Position numbers and translations under genes: made by a program | Source: Candidatus Solibacter sp. | GTDB lineage: Bacteria > Acidobacteriota > Terriglobia > Bryobacterales > Bryobacteraceae | Length of the DNA: 64,000 nt | Reading direction: 5' to 3' | NCBI GenBank assembly: GCA_013822245.1 | Contig: PNKE01000055.1 | Location: forward strand, 597 to 64,596 | In this document: piece by piece, positions 46,402-56,232 of the stretch | Position numbering within the stretch: position 1 is the first letter of the stretch | Layout: every line of letters begins with the position of its first letter | The notes under the pieces: generated by a model | What the model was told of the DNA's origin: nothing | Database searches by the model: none | What the model saw: only the letters and a program-made list of their open reading frames with translations

Positions 46402-48722
46402 GACTCATCACCATCCTCCTGCTGGCCGCCTCCCTGCTCAGCGCCCAGTACCGCTTCAAGGGCTCGCGCGACCTCGACGCCCTCATCGAAAAGGCCATCG
46501 CCGAGAACCAGATCCCCGGCGCCGTGCTCCTCGCCGGCCAGGGCGCCCGCATCCTCCACTACAAGGCCTACGGCTACCGCTCGCTCGAACCAAAGAAGGA
46601 AAGGATGACGCTGGACACCATCTTCGACGCCGCCTCGGTCACCAAGATCGTCGCCACCACGTCCTCCGTCATGAAACTGGTCGAACAGGGCAAGGTCCGC
46701 CTGGCCGACAGGGTGACGGTTTATCTACCTGGATTCCAGGCCGGCCAGAGCGACGTCACCGTGCGCCATCTGCTCACCCACTATTCGGGCCTGCGCCCGG
46801 ATGTCGATCTCAAGCCCGAGTGGTCCGGCTACGAAACCGGCGTCGAAAAGGCGCTGGTTGACGTGCCCGTGGCCGAACCCGGCGCCCGGATGATCTATAG
46901 CGATATCGGCTTCATCCTGCTGGGCGAGATCGTTCGCGTGGCCTCGGGCAAGCCGCTCAACGAATTCGCCGCCGAAAACATCTTCAAACCGCTCCGCATG
47001 ACGCACAGCCGGTTCCTGCCGCCCGCCGCATGGAAGCCGCTCATCGCGCCCACCGAACGGACTGACGGCAATATCCTGCGCGGCGTCGTCCACGACCCGA
47101 CAACCCGCTACATGGGCGGCGTCGCCGGCCACGCCGGACTGTTCACCACCGCCCGCGACCTCTCGCGCTGGGCGCGGATGATGCTCAACGGCGGCGTCCT
47201 CGGCGGCGTGCGCGTGTTGAGTTCAGCCACCGTGAAGAAATTCACCGAGCCCAATTCCCCGCCCCACCAGACCGCCCTGCGAGGCCTCGGCTTCGACATG
47301 GACTCGCCGTTCTCCTCCAACCGCGGCGAGTTGTATCCCATCGGCAGCTTCGGCCACACCGGCTTCACCGGCACATCCGTCTGGATGGACCCGGTTTCGA
47401 AAAGCTATGTGATCCTGCTCGCCAACTCCGTCCATCCGAATCCGCGGCCGGCCATCAGCCCGCTCCGTTCGAAGGTGGCCACCATTGTCGCCGCCGCCGT
47501 CGGGCTTACGCGCCAGGACGTCTCGCTCACCGGCTACGGCGAAGTCAGCGCCTATACCCCCGTTCGCCGCCACACGGCCCGCTCCGCCGAGGTCCAGACT
47601 GGCATCGACGTGCTCGTCTCCGAGGGCTTCGCCCGCTGGAAGGGCAAAAAGGCGGCGCTCATCACCAACCATACCGGCCGCACCCGCGACGGCAAGCGCA
47701 ATATCGACGCCATGCTCGCCGGCGGCGTCGGGCTCAAGGCGCTCTTTTCTCCCGAACACGGCTTCGCCGGAACCGAGGATCACGAAAACGTCGGCCACGC
47801 CAGGGACCAGGCCACCGGCCTGCCCATCTGGAGCCTCTACCACGGCAAGGACCGCAAGCCCAAGCCCGAACACCTCGAAGGCCTCGATCTGCTCGTGTTC
47901 GACATCCAGGACATCGGAGCACGGTTCTATACCTACATTTCGACCATGAAGAACGCCATGGAAGCCGCCGCCTCGGCCGGCATCGAGTTTGTCGTGCTGG
48001 ACAGACCCAATCCCATCACCGGCATCTATGTCGAAGGCCCCATGCTCGACGCCGGCAAAATCTCCTTCGTCGGCATCCATCCCATGCCCCTGCGCCACGG
48101 CATGACCACCGGCGAGCTCGCCCGCATGATCAACGCCGAGGCCGGCATCAAGGCCAATCTCACCGTCGTCGAAATGAAAAACTGGCGCCGCGCCGACTGG
48201 TGGGACTCAACCGGACTCACCTGGGTCGATCCCTCGCCCAACATGCGCAGCCTCAACGCCGCGCTGCTCTATACCGGCGTCGCCATGGCCGAGTACGCCA
48301 AAAACTACTCGGTCGGGCGCGGCACCGAGACCCCGTTCGAGCTCTTCGGCGCCGACTGGATGGACGGCCGCGCCGTCGCCCTGCTCCTGAACAAGCGGAT
48401 GGTCCCAGGCGTCCGGTTCTATCCGGTCGAATTCAAGCCCGCCACTTCGAATCTGGCGGGCAAATCCGTCTCCGGCGTCAGAATCGTCCTCACCGACAGG
48501 GAAGGATTCTCGGCTCTCCGCCTCGGTTTGGAGATCGCCGCGGCGATCGAGAAGCTCCATCCGGGTACCATTGACTGGAATGCCAACGCCAGGCTCATCG
48601 GCAATCAGGAGGCCATCGACGGCATTCAGAAGGGGATCGACCCAAGAATTCTCGAACCGCGCCTTCAGGAGGCAGCCGCCGCGTTCGCCCGCCGTAGGAA
48701 CCAATACCTACTATATAAATAG
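46398..48722 (+). CDS. Fusion protein: serine hydrolase (beta-lactamase class C-like) + DUF1343 (NamZ-type exo-muramidase-like) domain
   Basis: ATG inside an ATGA overlap with the upstream stop. The track ORF from 44880 is an artefactual extension. Signal peptide, SVTK (SxxK), then TGIDVL...ALITNHTGR...LFSPEHGF, typical of DUF1343. Confidence 0.8.
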   Translation: MRLITILLLAASLLSAQYRFKGSRDLDALIEKAIAENQIPGAVLLAGQGARILHYKAYGYRSLEPKKERMTLDTIFDAASVTKIVATTSSVMKLVEQGKVRLADRVTVYLPGFQAGQSDVTVRHLLTHYSGLRPDVDLKPEWSGYETGVEKALVDVPVAEPGARMIYSDIGFILLGEIVRVASGKPLNEFAAENIFKPLRMTHSRFLPPAAWKPLIAPTERTDGNILRGVVHDPTTRYMGGVAGHAGLFTTARDLSRWARMMLNGGVLGGVRVLSSATVKKFTEPNSPPHQTALRGLGFDMDSPFSSNRGELYPIGSFGHTGFTGTSVWMDPVSKSYVILLANSVHPNPRPAISPLRSKVATIVAAAVGLTRQDVSLTGYGEVSAYTPVRRHTARSAEVQTGIDVLVSEGFARWKGKKAALITNHTGRTRDGKRNIDAMLAGGVGLKALFSPEHGFAGTEDHENVGHARDQATGLPIWSLYHGKDRKPKPEHLEGLDLLVFDIQDIGARFYTYISTMKNAMEAAASAGIEFVVLDRPNPITGIYVEGPMLDAGKISFVGIHPMPLRHGMTTGELARMINAEAGIKANLTVVEMKNWRRADWWDSTGLTWVDPSPNMRSLNAALLYTGVAMAEYAKNYSVGRGTETPFELFGADWMDGRAVALLLNKRMVPGVRFYPVEFKPATSNLAGKSVSGVRIVLTDREGFSALRLGLEIAAAIEKLHPGTIDWNANARLIGNQEAIDGIQKGIDPRILEPRLQEAAAAFARRRNQYLLYK

Positions 48723-48728
48723 GGAATA

Positions 48729-48772
48729 GAAAAAGGGCTGGGAACGGCTGCCTCAGCTGCCTCTCCCAGCCC
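48729..48772 (-). terminator. Intrinsic terminator for the 81-aa gene
   Basis: Minus strand: GGGCTGGGA...TCCCAGCCC stem followed by TTTTT. Confidence 0.5.
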
Positions 48773-48814
48773 GAACCGCCATCGTTGCCGCCGCTCGGGC
48801 GGCAGACGTACAGC

Positions 48815-49060
48815 TTACTCCTCCGACCCTTTTCCTGCTCTCTTCCCACCCCTGCCGCGCTTGACCGGCGCCGCCGCTTCCGCCGCTTCCGCCTCGCCGC
48901 CCGCTTCCAGCTTCTCCCGGTCGCGCAAGGCGGCCATCCATGCCGGCGGACGGCCACGCCGTTTGCCCTGGCCGCGGGCCAGCCGCTCCAAGGTGATAAT
49001 GGCCTCTTCGATAATCTCGCGTTCCTGGCGCAGATCGTTCAGAATTTTCATCACGTCCAT
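48815..49060 (-). CDS. Small hypothetical protein (coiled N-terminus, basic/Ala-rich tail)
   Basis: 81 aa, MDVMKILNDLRQEREIIEEAIITLERLARGQGKRRGRPP... Flanked by a terminator and upstream palindromes. Confidence 0.5.
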   Translation of the reverse strand: MDVMKILNDLRQEREIIEEAIITLERLARGQGKRRGRPPAWMAALRDREKLEAGGEAEAAEAAAPVKRGRGGKRAGKGSEE

Positions 49061-49109
49061 CGGTTCGCTCCCTGGGACGCCGTCTGGGATTTAGCCGCCT
49101 CCGGGCAGC

Positions 49110-49129
49110 CTGTTCCGTTTTCGGAACAG
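49110..49129. promoter_or_regulatory. Perfect 20-nt palindrome upstream of the 81-aa gene
   Basis: CTGTTCCG-TTTT-CGGAACAG. A second GTTCTG-N9-CAGAAC element lies at 49190-49210. Confidence 0.35.
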
Positions 49130-49244
49130 AATTTATAGACATCGACGCCCTACGCTCTCTTCTACCGCAATCCAGAGCGCATTTCAAGCGTTCTGTTACA
49201 AATTCAGAACAAGGAACATTTACTACAAGGGTAAGAATGGGCCC

Positions 49245-50657
49245 TCAGCGTGGTTCCGCGAGGCGTTTCCAGTACCGATAGAAGGGATAGCCGGCCGCAA
49301 TGATGATGAGCCCAAGGCCGGATTCTCGCGGCGAATTCACCAGCGTCACGGCCAGAAGCAGCAAGGCTGCCAGCACGAACAATACCGGCACAACCGGATA
49401 GCCCAGCGTGCGGTAGGGCCTCTCGGCGTGCGGCTTTTTCCGCCTCAGGACGATCACCGCCGCCGCGGCCATGCCGTACAGGATCCACGAAGGGAAGATC
49501 ACCATCGTTAAAAGCTGTTCATAGCGGCCCGAAAGCACCAGCACGCACGACCACGCCGACAGCGCCAGAATCGAAAAGCCCGGCGTGTGGTGGGCTTGGT
49601 TCACCCGGCCGAATGCCTTGAAGAAGAGCTTGTCGTTCGCCAGGGCGTACGGCACGCGGGAGCCCGACAGGATCGACCCATTCAGGGCGGCGAATATGGA
49701 GACCATGGCGGCCACCGAGACCGCCGCCGCCCCGGGACCGCCCAGAATGCGCCGCATCATTTCGGCGGCGACGCGGTCATTGGCCCCGACTTCGGCCGCC
49801 GTGAGCACCGAGAAATAGGCCAGGTTGGTCAGCAGGTAGATGATCATCACCAGCAGCGTGCCGTAGATCAGCGCCCGCGGCAGGTTGCGCTGGGGGTTCT
49901 TCACCTCGCCGGCGACCATGTTCAGGTTGTTCCAGCCGTCATAGGCCCACAGCGCGGCCACCAATGCGGCGATGAATCCGGCCAATCCGCCGCGCGCCGG
50001 GATCGATGTCGCGAAGTTCGAGGCGTCGGCGGAGCCGCTGAACAGCCCGATCACGATCACCATGGCGATGAAGGCGACCTTGGCGATAGTGGTGGCCACC
50101 TGGACCTGGCCGCCGGCGCGGACGCCGAAGTAGTTGATCACCGCCAATCCAAGCACCACGGCGATGGCCAGAATCTGGCCCGTCTGGATCTCCAGCGGGC
50201 CGCCATCGGGCCCGATCGGCAGCGGGATCCGGAACAGCACGCCCTCCAGTGCCGGGTTGAAATAGGCCAGATAGAGGAAGAAGCCGGTGGCCAGCGTGGC
50301 GATCGACGAACTCTTGGCCACCCAAATCTGCGTCCAGCCATAGAGAAAGCCCCAGAACGGCCCATACGCTTCCCGCAGGTAGACGTATTCGCCGCCGGCC
50401 TCCGGCATCATGGCGGCCATTTCGGCGTACGTAAGCGCGCCGGCCAGGGTGAGCAGTCCGCCGAACACCCAGACGGCGAACACCAGCCCGGGCGTGCCGG
50501 TCTCGAGGATCATGGTCTTCGGCACCAGAAAGATGCCCGAACCGATCACCGTGCCGACCACCATGCAGGACGCCGCCCACGGCCCGAGGTCGCGCCGCAG
50601 TTCAGGCAACCCGCTTCTCCCGGTCCAGAACCGCCGAGGCCGCCAGCGAAACGGCAA
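49245..50657 (-). CDS. APC family amino acid permease
   Basis: 12-TM pattern with VVGTVIGSGIFLVP signature. The start overlaps the upstream symporter end by 56 nt, so the exact start is uncertain. Confidence 0.85.
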   Translation of the reverse strand: MPFRWRPRRFWTGRSGLPELRRDLGPWAASCMVVGTVIGSGIFLVPKTMILETGTPGLVFAVWVFGGLLTLAGALTYAEMAAMMPEAGGEYVYLREAYGPFWGFLYGWTQIWVAKSSSIATLATGFFLYLAYFNPALEGVLFRIPLPIGPDGGPLEIQTGQILAIAVVLGLAVINYFGVRAGGQVQVATTIAKVAFIAMVIVIGLFSGSADASNFATSIPARGGLAGFIAALVAALWAYDGWNNLNMVAGEVKNPQRNLPRALIYGTLLVMIIYLLTNLAYFSVLTAAEVGANDRVAAEMMRRILGGPGAAAVSVAAMVSIFAALNGSILSGSRVPYALANDKLFFKAFGRVNQAHHTPGFSILALSAWSCVLVLSGRYEQLLTMVIFPSWILYGMAAAAVIVLRRKKPHAERPYRTLGYPVVPVLFVLAALLLLAVTLVNSPRESGLGLIIIAAGYPFYRYWKRLAEPR

Positions 50658-52068
50658 CAGTCAGCGTGGTGCCGATCAGGACATACCACGTCCATGCGAT
50701 AGGCGGAAACCACAGCGCGAATCTGTTGATGGCGATCACCAGGTTGACGGTTATGCCCGCCGTCATGCCGATCATCGCCGATCTCTCCGACGCCCGCTTG
50801 TTCAGCAGGCCGAGCAGGAACACGCCCAGCAGCGCGCCGTAGAGAATCGACGCGATGCCCAGCCCGGCCTCAAGCACCGAGTCCACATGTCGCGCCAGGA
50901 TGCCGATGCCCAGCAGCACCCCGCCCCACGCCAGCGTCGCCAGCTTGGCCAGCTTCAGGTAGTGGCCTTCGGCCATCGACGGCCGCCGCAGCTTGTAGAA
51001 ATCCATGATCGTGGTCGAGGCCAGCGAGTTCAGCGCCGCCGACAGGTTCGACATCGCCGCCGCCAGGATGGCCGCGATCACCAGCCCCGCGACGCCCACC
51101 GGCAGGTTGCTCCAGATGTACTGCGGGTAGATCCGGTCCGGCGGCGACGGCGGGGTCAGCCCCGAATCCCGGTAGTAGACCCACAACACGGTGCCGATCA
51201 GCAGAAACAGCGAAAACTGGAAAAAGATCACCCCCCAGGAGGCGAACAATGCCAGCCGCGCCTCGCCCTGCGACCGCGCGGCCAGCAGCCGCTGCACCAT
51301 CAACTGCTCGGTGCCGTGGCTCGCCGTGGTCAGGAAGCAGCCGCCGATCACCCCCGCCCAGAAAGTGTAGGTCTTGCCGAAGAATGCCCAGGACAGGTCG
51401 AAGCCAAAATCGAACACCTGCAGCTTGCCCGCCTGCGAGGCGGCTTCCAGAACGTACGGCAGTCCCCCCGGGATGTGGTCCAGGATCACCAGCAGGCTCA
51501 CGATCGCCCCGGCCACGTACAGCACCATCTGCACCACGTCGGTCCAGATCACCGCCGTCATGCCCCCTTCGAACGTGTAGAAAAGCGTCAGGCCGACGAT
51601 CACGATGATCGACGGCACCTCGCCCATCCCCAGCACGATCGACACGACAATGGATATCGCGAAAACCCGCACGCCCTCGGCCAGCGCCCGCAGCACCAGA
51701 AACAGCCCCGCGGTCAGCCGCCTCAGCCTCAGCCCGAATCGCCGCTGCATCAGTTCGTAGGCCGTGTACAGTTCGCCCTTGAAATAATGGGGCAGGAATA
51801 GCGACGAGATCACGATGCGCGCCAGCAGGTAGCCCATCACCACCTGGAGGAAGCCGTAGTTGCCGTAAAACGCCAGCGCCGGCGTGCCGATGACGGTGAG
51901 CGTCGAGGTTTCGGCCGAGACGATCGAAAACGCGATCGCCCACCATGGCGTGGACCGCCCGCCGAGGAAATAGTCCTTCAGGCTCTTCTGGGACTTTCTG
52001 AAGTGGGCGCCAAACCACGTAATGCCAATCAGGTAGACGCAAATGACCCCAAGGTCGACGTAACGCAT
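50602..52068 (-). CDS. Sodium:solute symporter family transporter
   Basis: 488 aa polytopic protein. YFLGGRSTPWWAIAFSIVSAETSTLT is typical of the SSS family. Confidence 0.85.
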   Translation of the reverse strand: MRYVDLGVICVYLIGITWFGAHFRKSQKSLKDYFLGGRSTPWWAIAFSIVSAETSTLTVIGTPALAFYGNYGFLQVVMGYLLARIVISSLFLPHYFKGELYTAYELMQRRFGLRLRRLTAGLFLVLRALAEGVRVFAISIVVSIVLGMGEVPSIIVIVGLTLFYTFEGGMTAVIWTDVVQMVLYVAGAIVSLLVILDHIPGGLPYVLEAASQAGKLQVFDFGFDLSWAFFGKTYTFWAGVIGGCFLTTASHGTEQLMVQRLLAARSQGEARLALFASWGVIFFQFSLFLLIGTVLWVYYRDSGLTPPSPPDRIYPQYIWSNLPVGVAGLVIAAILAAAMSNLSAALNSLASTTIMDFYKLRRPSMAEGHYLKLAKLATLAWGGVLLGIGILARHVDSVLEAGLGIASILYGALLGVFLLGLLNKRASERSAMIGMTAGITVNLVIAINRFALWFPPIAWTWYVLIGTTLTVAVSLAASAVLDREKRVA

Positions 52069-52383
52069 GAATCAGAAAAGTTTAACATGCCATGCGCGCG
52101 CCGCGCTTGGCCTTCGCGGCTCCGTTTTGGGGAACAAGAGACGCCCAGCCGGCATCTAATCAACTGCGGCCGGCTGCCGTTGATCGTGATTGGGATAGCG
52201 GGTTGGAATGGCCCGCGGGCCGCCGGCCCATGGCGGTTTTTGGGAGTCGCTGGTGGCGGTTGCTTGAGGAACTTGACTTCCGGTATACTCCCCAAGTGCG
52301 AATAGTGTTTGACGCATGGCCGCGGCGGCCTATCCGGGCCTGAGGACGTCGATGCTCGAATCAACCGAATGTAGGAGGCGAGT

Positions 52384-53718
52384 GTGCTGTTTTCAATGAA
52401 GCGTTTGACCGCTGTATTGGTGCTGGGCGCCGTTGGAAGCCTCGGTCTTTGGGGTCAGGCCAAGCAGCCCCAGTGGAAGGACCGGGCCGAGTACGATCTT
52501 TATGACTCGATCCTGAAGACCCAGGACAACAACACCAAGCTCGGGCTCCTGCAGAGCTGGGAGCAAAAATACCCCCAAACCGACTACGCCGAAGCCCGGC
52601 ATCAGTTGATCGTCCAGACCTACCAGGGGCTGGGCAAGGCCAAGGAAATGATGGATGCGGCCAAGAAGATGGCCGCCGCCCACCCCAAGGCGTTCTTCTC
52701 GCTCTACTGGATCAATCTGCTCACCGTCAGCCTCAACGACACTTCCCCAGCCGCGCTGGCCGACGGCGAAAAATACGCCAGGGCGTTCCTCGGCATCATG
52801 GACGAAACCTTCGATCCCTCCAAGAAAAAGCCCGAAGTCAGCGACGAAGACTGGAAAACGAATCGTCTCTCGATGGAGTCCATCGGCTACCGCACCCTCG
52901 GCTGGGTGGCCATGACCGCCAACAAGCATGAGGAAGCCGAACAGCACCTCGAAGAAGCGCTCAAGCGCAACCCCGCCGACGCCCAGGCGGCCCTCTGGGC
53001 TGGCACCGTCATCGCCCGCCAGCGCAAGATCGAGAAGCAGTCCCAGGCGCTGTTCTATTTCGCCCGCGCCGCTTCCTACGACGGCCAGGGCGCTCTGCCC
53101 CAGGCCGCCCGCGACCAGGTGATGCGTTCGTTCGAGAAAAACTACGTCAACTTCCACGGCGGCAAGGACAAAATGGACGAAGTTGTCGCCCTCGCCAAGG
53201 CCAATGCGGTTGTCCCCCCCGGCTTCAAGATCCTGTCCCAGGACGAAATCCTCCAGGCCCAGGAAAAGGAACTGGAAAGCACCAACCCGCAGCTCGCCGT
53301 TTGGGTGAAGATGAAACGCGGCCTCTCCGGCCCCGACGGCCAGTCCTACTTCGATTCCTCGGTCAAGGAAGCCCAGATCCCGGGCGGCATCGAAGTCGCC
53401 GGCCAGAAGATCGAAAAACTCAAGGGCACCGTCGTTTCCGTGGTCACCGTGAACCCGAAATCGACCGCCGTCAGGGAAGTCGTCGTCGGCATCTCCCAGG
53501 CCGAAATGAGCGAAGCCACCCTGAAGTTCGAAACGCCGCAGCCGAAGATCGATCCCGGCGCCGTGATCGAGTTCTCCGGCGTTCCGGTGGGATTCACCCC
53601 CGATCCGTTCATGGTCACCTTCGAGGTCGACGCCAAGGACATCATCGGCTGGCCCAAGCCCACGCCGCCCGCCAAGCGCGCCGCTCCGGCCAAGAAGGGC
53701 GCGGCCAAGAAGAAGTAA
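52384..53718 (+). CDS. Exported hypothetical protein (helical/TPR-like N-terminal half, Lys-rich tail)
   Basis: AGGAGG lies 5 nt before the GTG at 52384. Signal peptide LTAVLVLGAVGSLGLWGQA. Possible promoter: TTGCTT, 18-nt spacer, TATACT at 52259-52288. Confidence 0.65.
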   Translation: MLFSMKRLTAVLVLGAVGSLGLWGQAKQPQWKDRAEYDLYDSILKTQDNNTKLGLLQSWEQKYPQTDYAEARHQLIVQTYQGLGKAKEMMDAAKKMAAAHPKAFFSLYWINLLTVSLNDTSPAALADGEKYARAFLGIMDETFDPSKKKPEVSDEDWKTNRLSMESIGYRTLGWVAMTANKHEEAEQHLEEALKRNPADAQAALWAGTVIARQRKIEKQSQALFYFARAASYDGQGALPQAARDQVMRSFEKNYVNFHGGKDKMDEVVALAKANAVVPPGFKILSQDEILQAQEKELESTNPQLAVWVKMKRGLSGPDGQSYFDSSVKEAQIPGGIEVAGQKIEKLKGTVVSVVTVNPKSTAVREVVVGISQAEMSEATLKFETPQPKIDPGAVIEFSGVPVGFTPDPFMVTFEVDAKDIIGWPKPTPPAKRAAPAKKGAAKKK

Positions 53719-53744
53719 GCTCACCCGCAAGCCTTGAATGGAAA

Positions 53745-53784
53745 GGCCGGACTCGCCACCCCAAGGCGGATCCGGTCTTTTTTC
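53745..53784 (+). terminator. Intrinsic terminator
   Basis: GGCCGGACTCGCC...GGCGGATCCGGTC imperfect stem followed by TTTTTT. Confidence 0.55.
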
Positions 53785-53795
53785 TTGCCCGCCCG

Positions 53796-54104
53796 CTATT
53801 CGATCGCCGGCCTGAGATCGGCCAGCAGCCGCCGCGCCGCATCGGCCTCCGCCGCCGTCGCCGCTTCCTCGCCGCCCTTGAACACGAACGCTTCCCTGCC
53901 CCCGCCCGATATCAGCGGCTCGAAGCCGCGCTCCGTGATCCTCCCCGGCGACCCGATGCCCCCGAAGCCCTCGCCCCGGCGCTCCACCAGCACCGCCATG
54001 CCGTCGCGCGTGAAGATGAAATGGTTCGCGAGCTCAGCCACGGGCAGCATCCCGATGCCGGCTTCGGCAATCCGTTGCAGTTTTGACAGAACTTCCGGGT
54101 CCAT
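53796..54104 (-). CDS. Hypothetical protein (102 aa)
   Basis: ORF immediately downstream of, and co-directional with, the BFN-domain gene. No motif recognised. Confidence 0.45.
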   Translation of the reverse strand: MDPEVLSKLQRIAEAGIGMLPVAELANHFIFTRDGMAVLVERRGEGFGGIGSPGRITERGFEPLISGGGREAFVFKGGEEAATAAEADAARRLLADLRPAIE

Positions 54105-54110
54105 CGCGGC

Positions 54111-54596
54111 CTACATCTTGTAACGGCCCAGATCCTCGTCGTTCAGCCCTTCCAGCCACCGCTTCAGCTCTTCGTTGACGTTCTTGTCGCTCACCGTCTG
54201 CGTCGACTTCGACGTCTTCAGCACCTGCTCCTCGACGTAGATCGGGCAGTCCATGCGCAGCGCCAGCGCCAGCGCGTCGCTCGGACGCGAATCGATGCTG
54301 ACCATCTCGCCGCCCTTCTCCACCCAGATCACGGCATAGAACGTATCGTCCTTCAACTCGCTCACCACCACCTTGCGCAGCGTCGCGTCCAGCCCGAACA
54401 GCACGTTCTTCACCAGATCGTGCGTCATCGGCCGCGGCGTGGTGACTTTCTCGATCTCCAGCGCAATGGCGTTGGCCTCGAAAATGCCCACCCAGATGGG
54501 GAGAACGGTGTCGCCGCTGGTGTCGCGCAGGATCACGATCGGCATGTTCGTGACCGGGTCCATCATCAGGCCCCTGATCTTCATTTCCACTTCCAT
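54111..54596 (-). CDS. Bifunctional nuclease (BFN/DUF151) domain protein
   Basis: Internal ATG preceded by GGGAGG. MDPVTNMPIVILRD...LPIWVGIFEANAIA...TPRPMTHDL...IDSRPSDALALALR matches the BFN family. Confidence 0.8.
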   Translation of the reverse strand: MEVEMKIRGLMMDPVTNMPIVILRDTSGDTVLPIWVGIFEANAIALEIEKVTTPRPMTHDLVKNVLFGLDATLRKVVVSELKDDTFYAVIWVEKGGEMVSIDSRPSDALALALRMDCPIYVEEQVLKTSKSTQTVSDKNVNEELKRWLEGLNDEDLGRYKM

Positions 54597-54654
54597 TGCA
54601 GCGTCCTCCCTTACTCCCATCTTAGGCGGCACACAAGTCCGTTTGGTTGCGTCT

Positions 54655-55995
54655 TCATTGGACCGGCGAGAACTCACCGGCCAGCGAATTCGGCCCCGCT
54701 CGCGTCACCCGCACCGGGAAGTACCGTCCGATCATCTCCCGCCGTCCCGGCTGCGCGCCGTCCGGGCCATCGGGGTATGTGAAATTCAGCACCCGGTTCT
54801 GTGACGTCCGGCCGATCCACTGGCCCGACTTCGTGTTGAACCCCTCCACCAGCGCCTCCTCCACCGTCCCGATCAGCGCCGCGTTACGGCTCAGTTGAAT
54901 GCCCCGCTGCTTCTCCTGCAGGATCGCCAGCCGCCGGCCCTTCTCTTCCTCCGGAATGTGATCGCCCAACTCCAGCGCCGGCGTGTTCGGCCGCATCGAG
55001 TACTTGAAGCTGAAAATCGAGTCGTATTGCACTTCGTCGAGCAGCCGCAGCGTGTCTTCAAAATCCTTTTCCGTCTCGCCGGGGAAGCCGGCGATGATGT
55101 CGGTCGAAAGCGCGATCTCGCGTTTCGACGACTTCAGCCACTCGATCCGCCGCATATACTCATCGCGCGTGTACTGCCGCGCCATCGCCGCCAGCACCGC
55201 CGTCGATCCGCTCTGCACCGGCAGGTGCACCTGGTTGCACAGCGATTCGGTCCGGTCGATGGCGTCCACGATGTCGCGCGTGAAATCCCGCGGATGCGAC
55301 GTCGTGAACCTCACCCGCCGGATCCCCTCCACCCGCCCCACGGCCTCAAGCAATTCAGCGAATTTCCAGCCCGCCGCCGACGGGTCGCGGTAGCTGTTCA
55401 CGTTCTGGCCCAGTAACTGGATCTCCGTGTAGCCCGACTGGGCGAGCGAGAGCGCCTCGGCAAGTACGCTGCCGGACGCCCGGCTGCGTTCCCCGCCCCG
55501 CGTGAACGGCACCACGCAATAGGCGCACGACTTGTCGCAGCCCTCGATAATCGTGATGTAAGCCCGGTGCGGATTGTCCCGCCGCGTATGCTCGGTCTCG
55601 AACGTGTCCCCGGTGTCCAGGCTCAGCCCCGCCACCCGCCTCTCGCCCCGTTCAATCTGCACCAGCAGTTCCGGCAGCTTCGTGTAGCTGGCCGAGCCAA
55701 CCACCAGGCTCACATGCGGCGCCCGCTCGAAAATCCGCTCGCCCTCCTGCTGCGCCACGCAGCCCAGCACGCCGAACACCTTGCCCGCCCCCGCTTCCCG
55801 TTTGAACTGGTCGAGCCGGTGAAAGACCTTCTGCTCGGCTTTGTCCCTGATACTGCACGTGTTGTACAGCACCAGATCCGCCGCCTCCGGCGTCTCCACC
55901 ATCTCGTAGCCGCGGCGCTCCAGCGTGCCCACCACCTTCTCCGAGTCGTGGACATTCATCTGGCAGCCGAACGTTTCGATATAGAATCGCTTCAT
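54655..55995 (-). CDS. miaB: tRNA-i6A37 methylthiotransferase
   Basis: MKRFYIETFGCQMNVHDSE (UPF0004 domain), radical-SAM CDKSCAYC, C-terminal TRAM domain. Confidence 0.9.
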   Translation of the reverse strand: MKRFYIETFGCQMNVHDSEKVVGTLERRGYEMVETPEAADLVLYNTCSIRDKAEQKVFHRLDQFKREAGAGKVFGVLGCVAQQEGERIFERAPHVSLVVGSASYTKLPELLVQIERGERRVAGLSLDTGDTFETEHTRRDNPHRAYITIIEGCDKSCAYCVVPFTRGGERSRASGSVLAEALSLAQSGYTEIQLLGQNVNSYRDPSAAGWKFAELLEAVGRVEGIRRVRFTTSHPRDFTRDIVDAIDRTESLCNQVHLPVQSGSTAVLAAMARQYTRDEYMRRIEWLKSSKREIALSTDIIAGFPGETEKDFEDTLRLLDEVQYDSIFSFKYSMRPNTPALELGDHIPEEEKGRRLAILQEKQRGIQLSRNAALIGTVEEALVEGFNTKSGQWIGRTSQNRVLNFTYPDGPDGAQPGRREMIGRYFPVRVTRAGPNSLAGEFSPVQ

Positions 55996-56232
55996 AAGAA
56001 CCCAGGGCGGGGTACTTCCAGTTTACGGGAGAAACGCTCGCCGGCACACTCGGCCCCCAGGACAGGACCATCCGCCCGGCCCCCGGGCGTCACCCATCGG
56101 TGCGCCAGCCGGCGCGCGCCGCCGCGGCGGGCTATGAACGCCTCATCTTGACTGGGCCCGATTCATCGCCTTCGGGACACCCATCAGGCCTAACAGACAG
56201 TAGACTCCACCGCCGGTGAAGTTGCTTCGCGC

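Noticed and set aside
44880-48722. 1280-aa ORF in the track, which would be the longest gene in the window
   Set aside because: Its first ~500 codons run antisense to the well-supported MEMO-family gene and through the PCD gene in another frame, and they translate to Arg/Pro/Ala-rich low-complexity sequence. The signal peptide MRLITILLLAASLLSAQ at the ATG at 46398 marks the real start.
49110-49129. The perfect hairpin, read as an intrinsic terminator for the amino-acid permease gene
   Set aside because: No U-tract follows it on the minus strand (it is followed by gctgcc). I reported it instead as a candidate operator.
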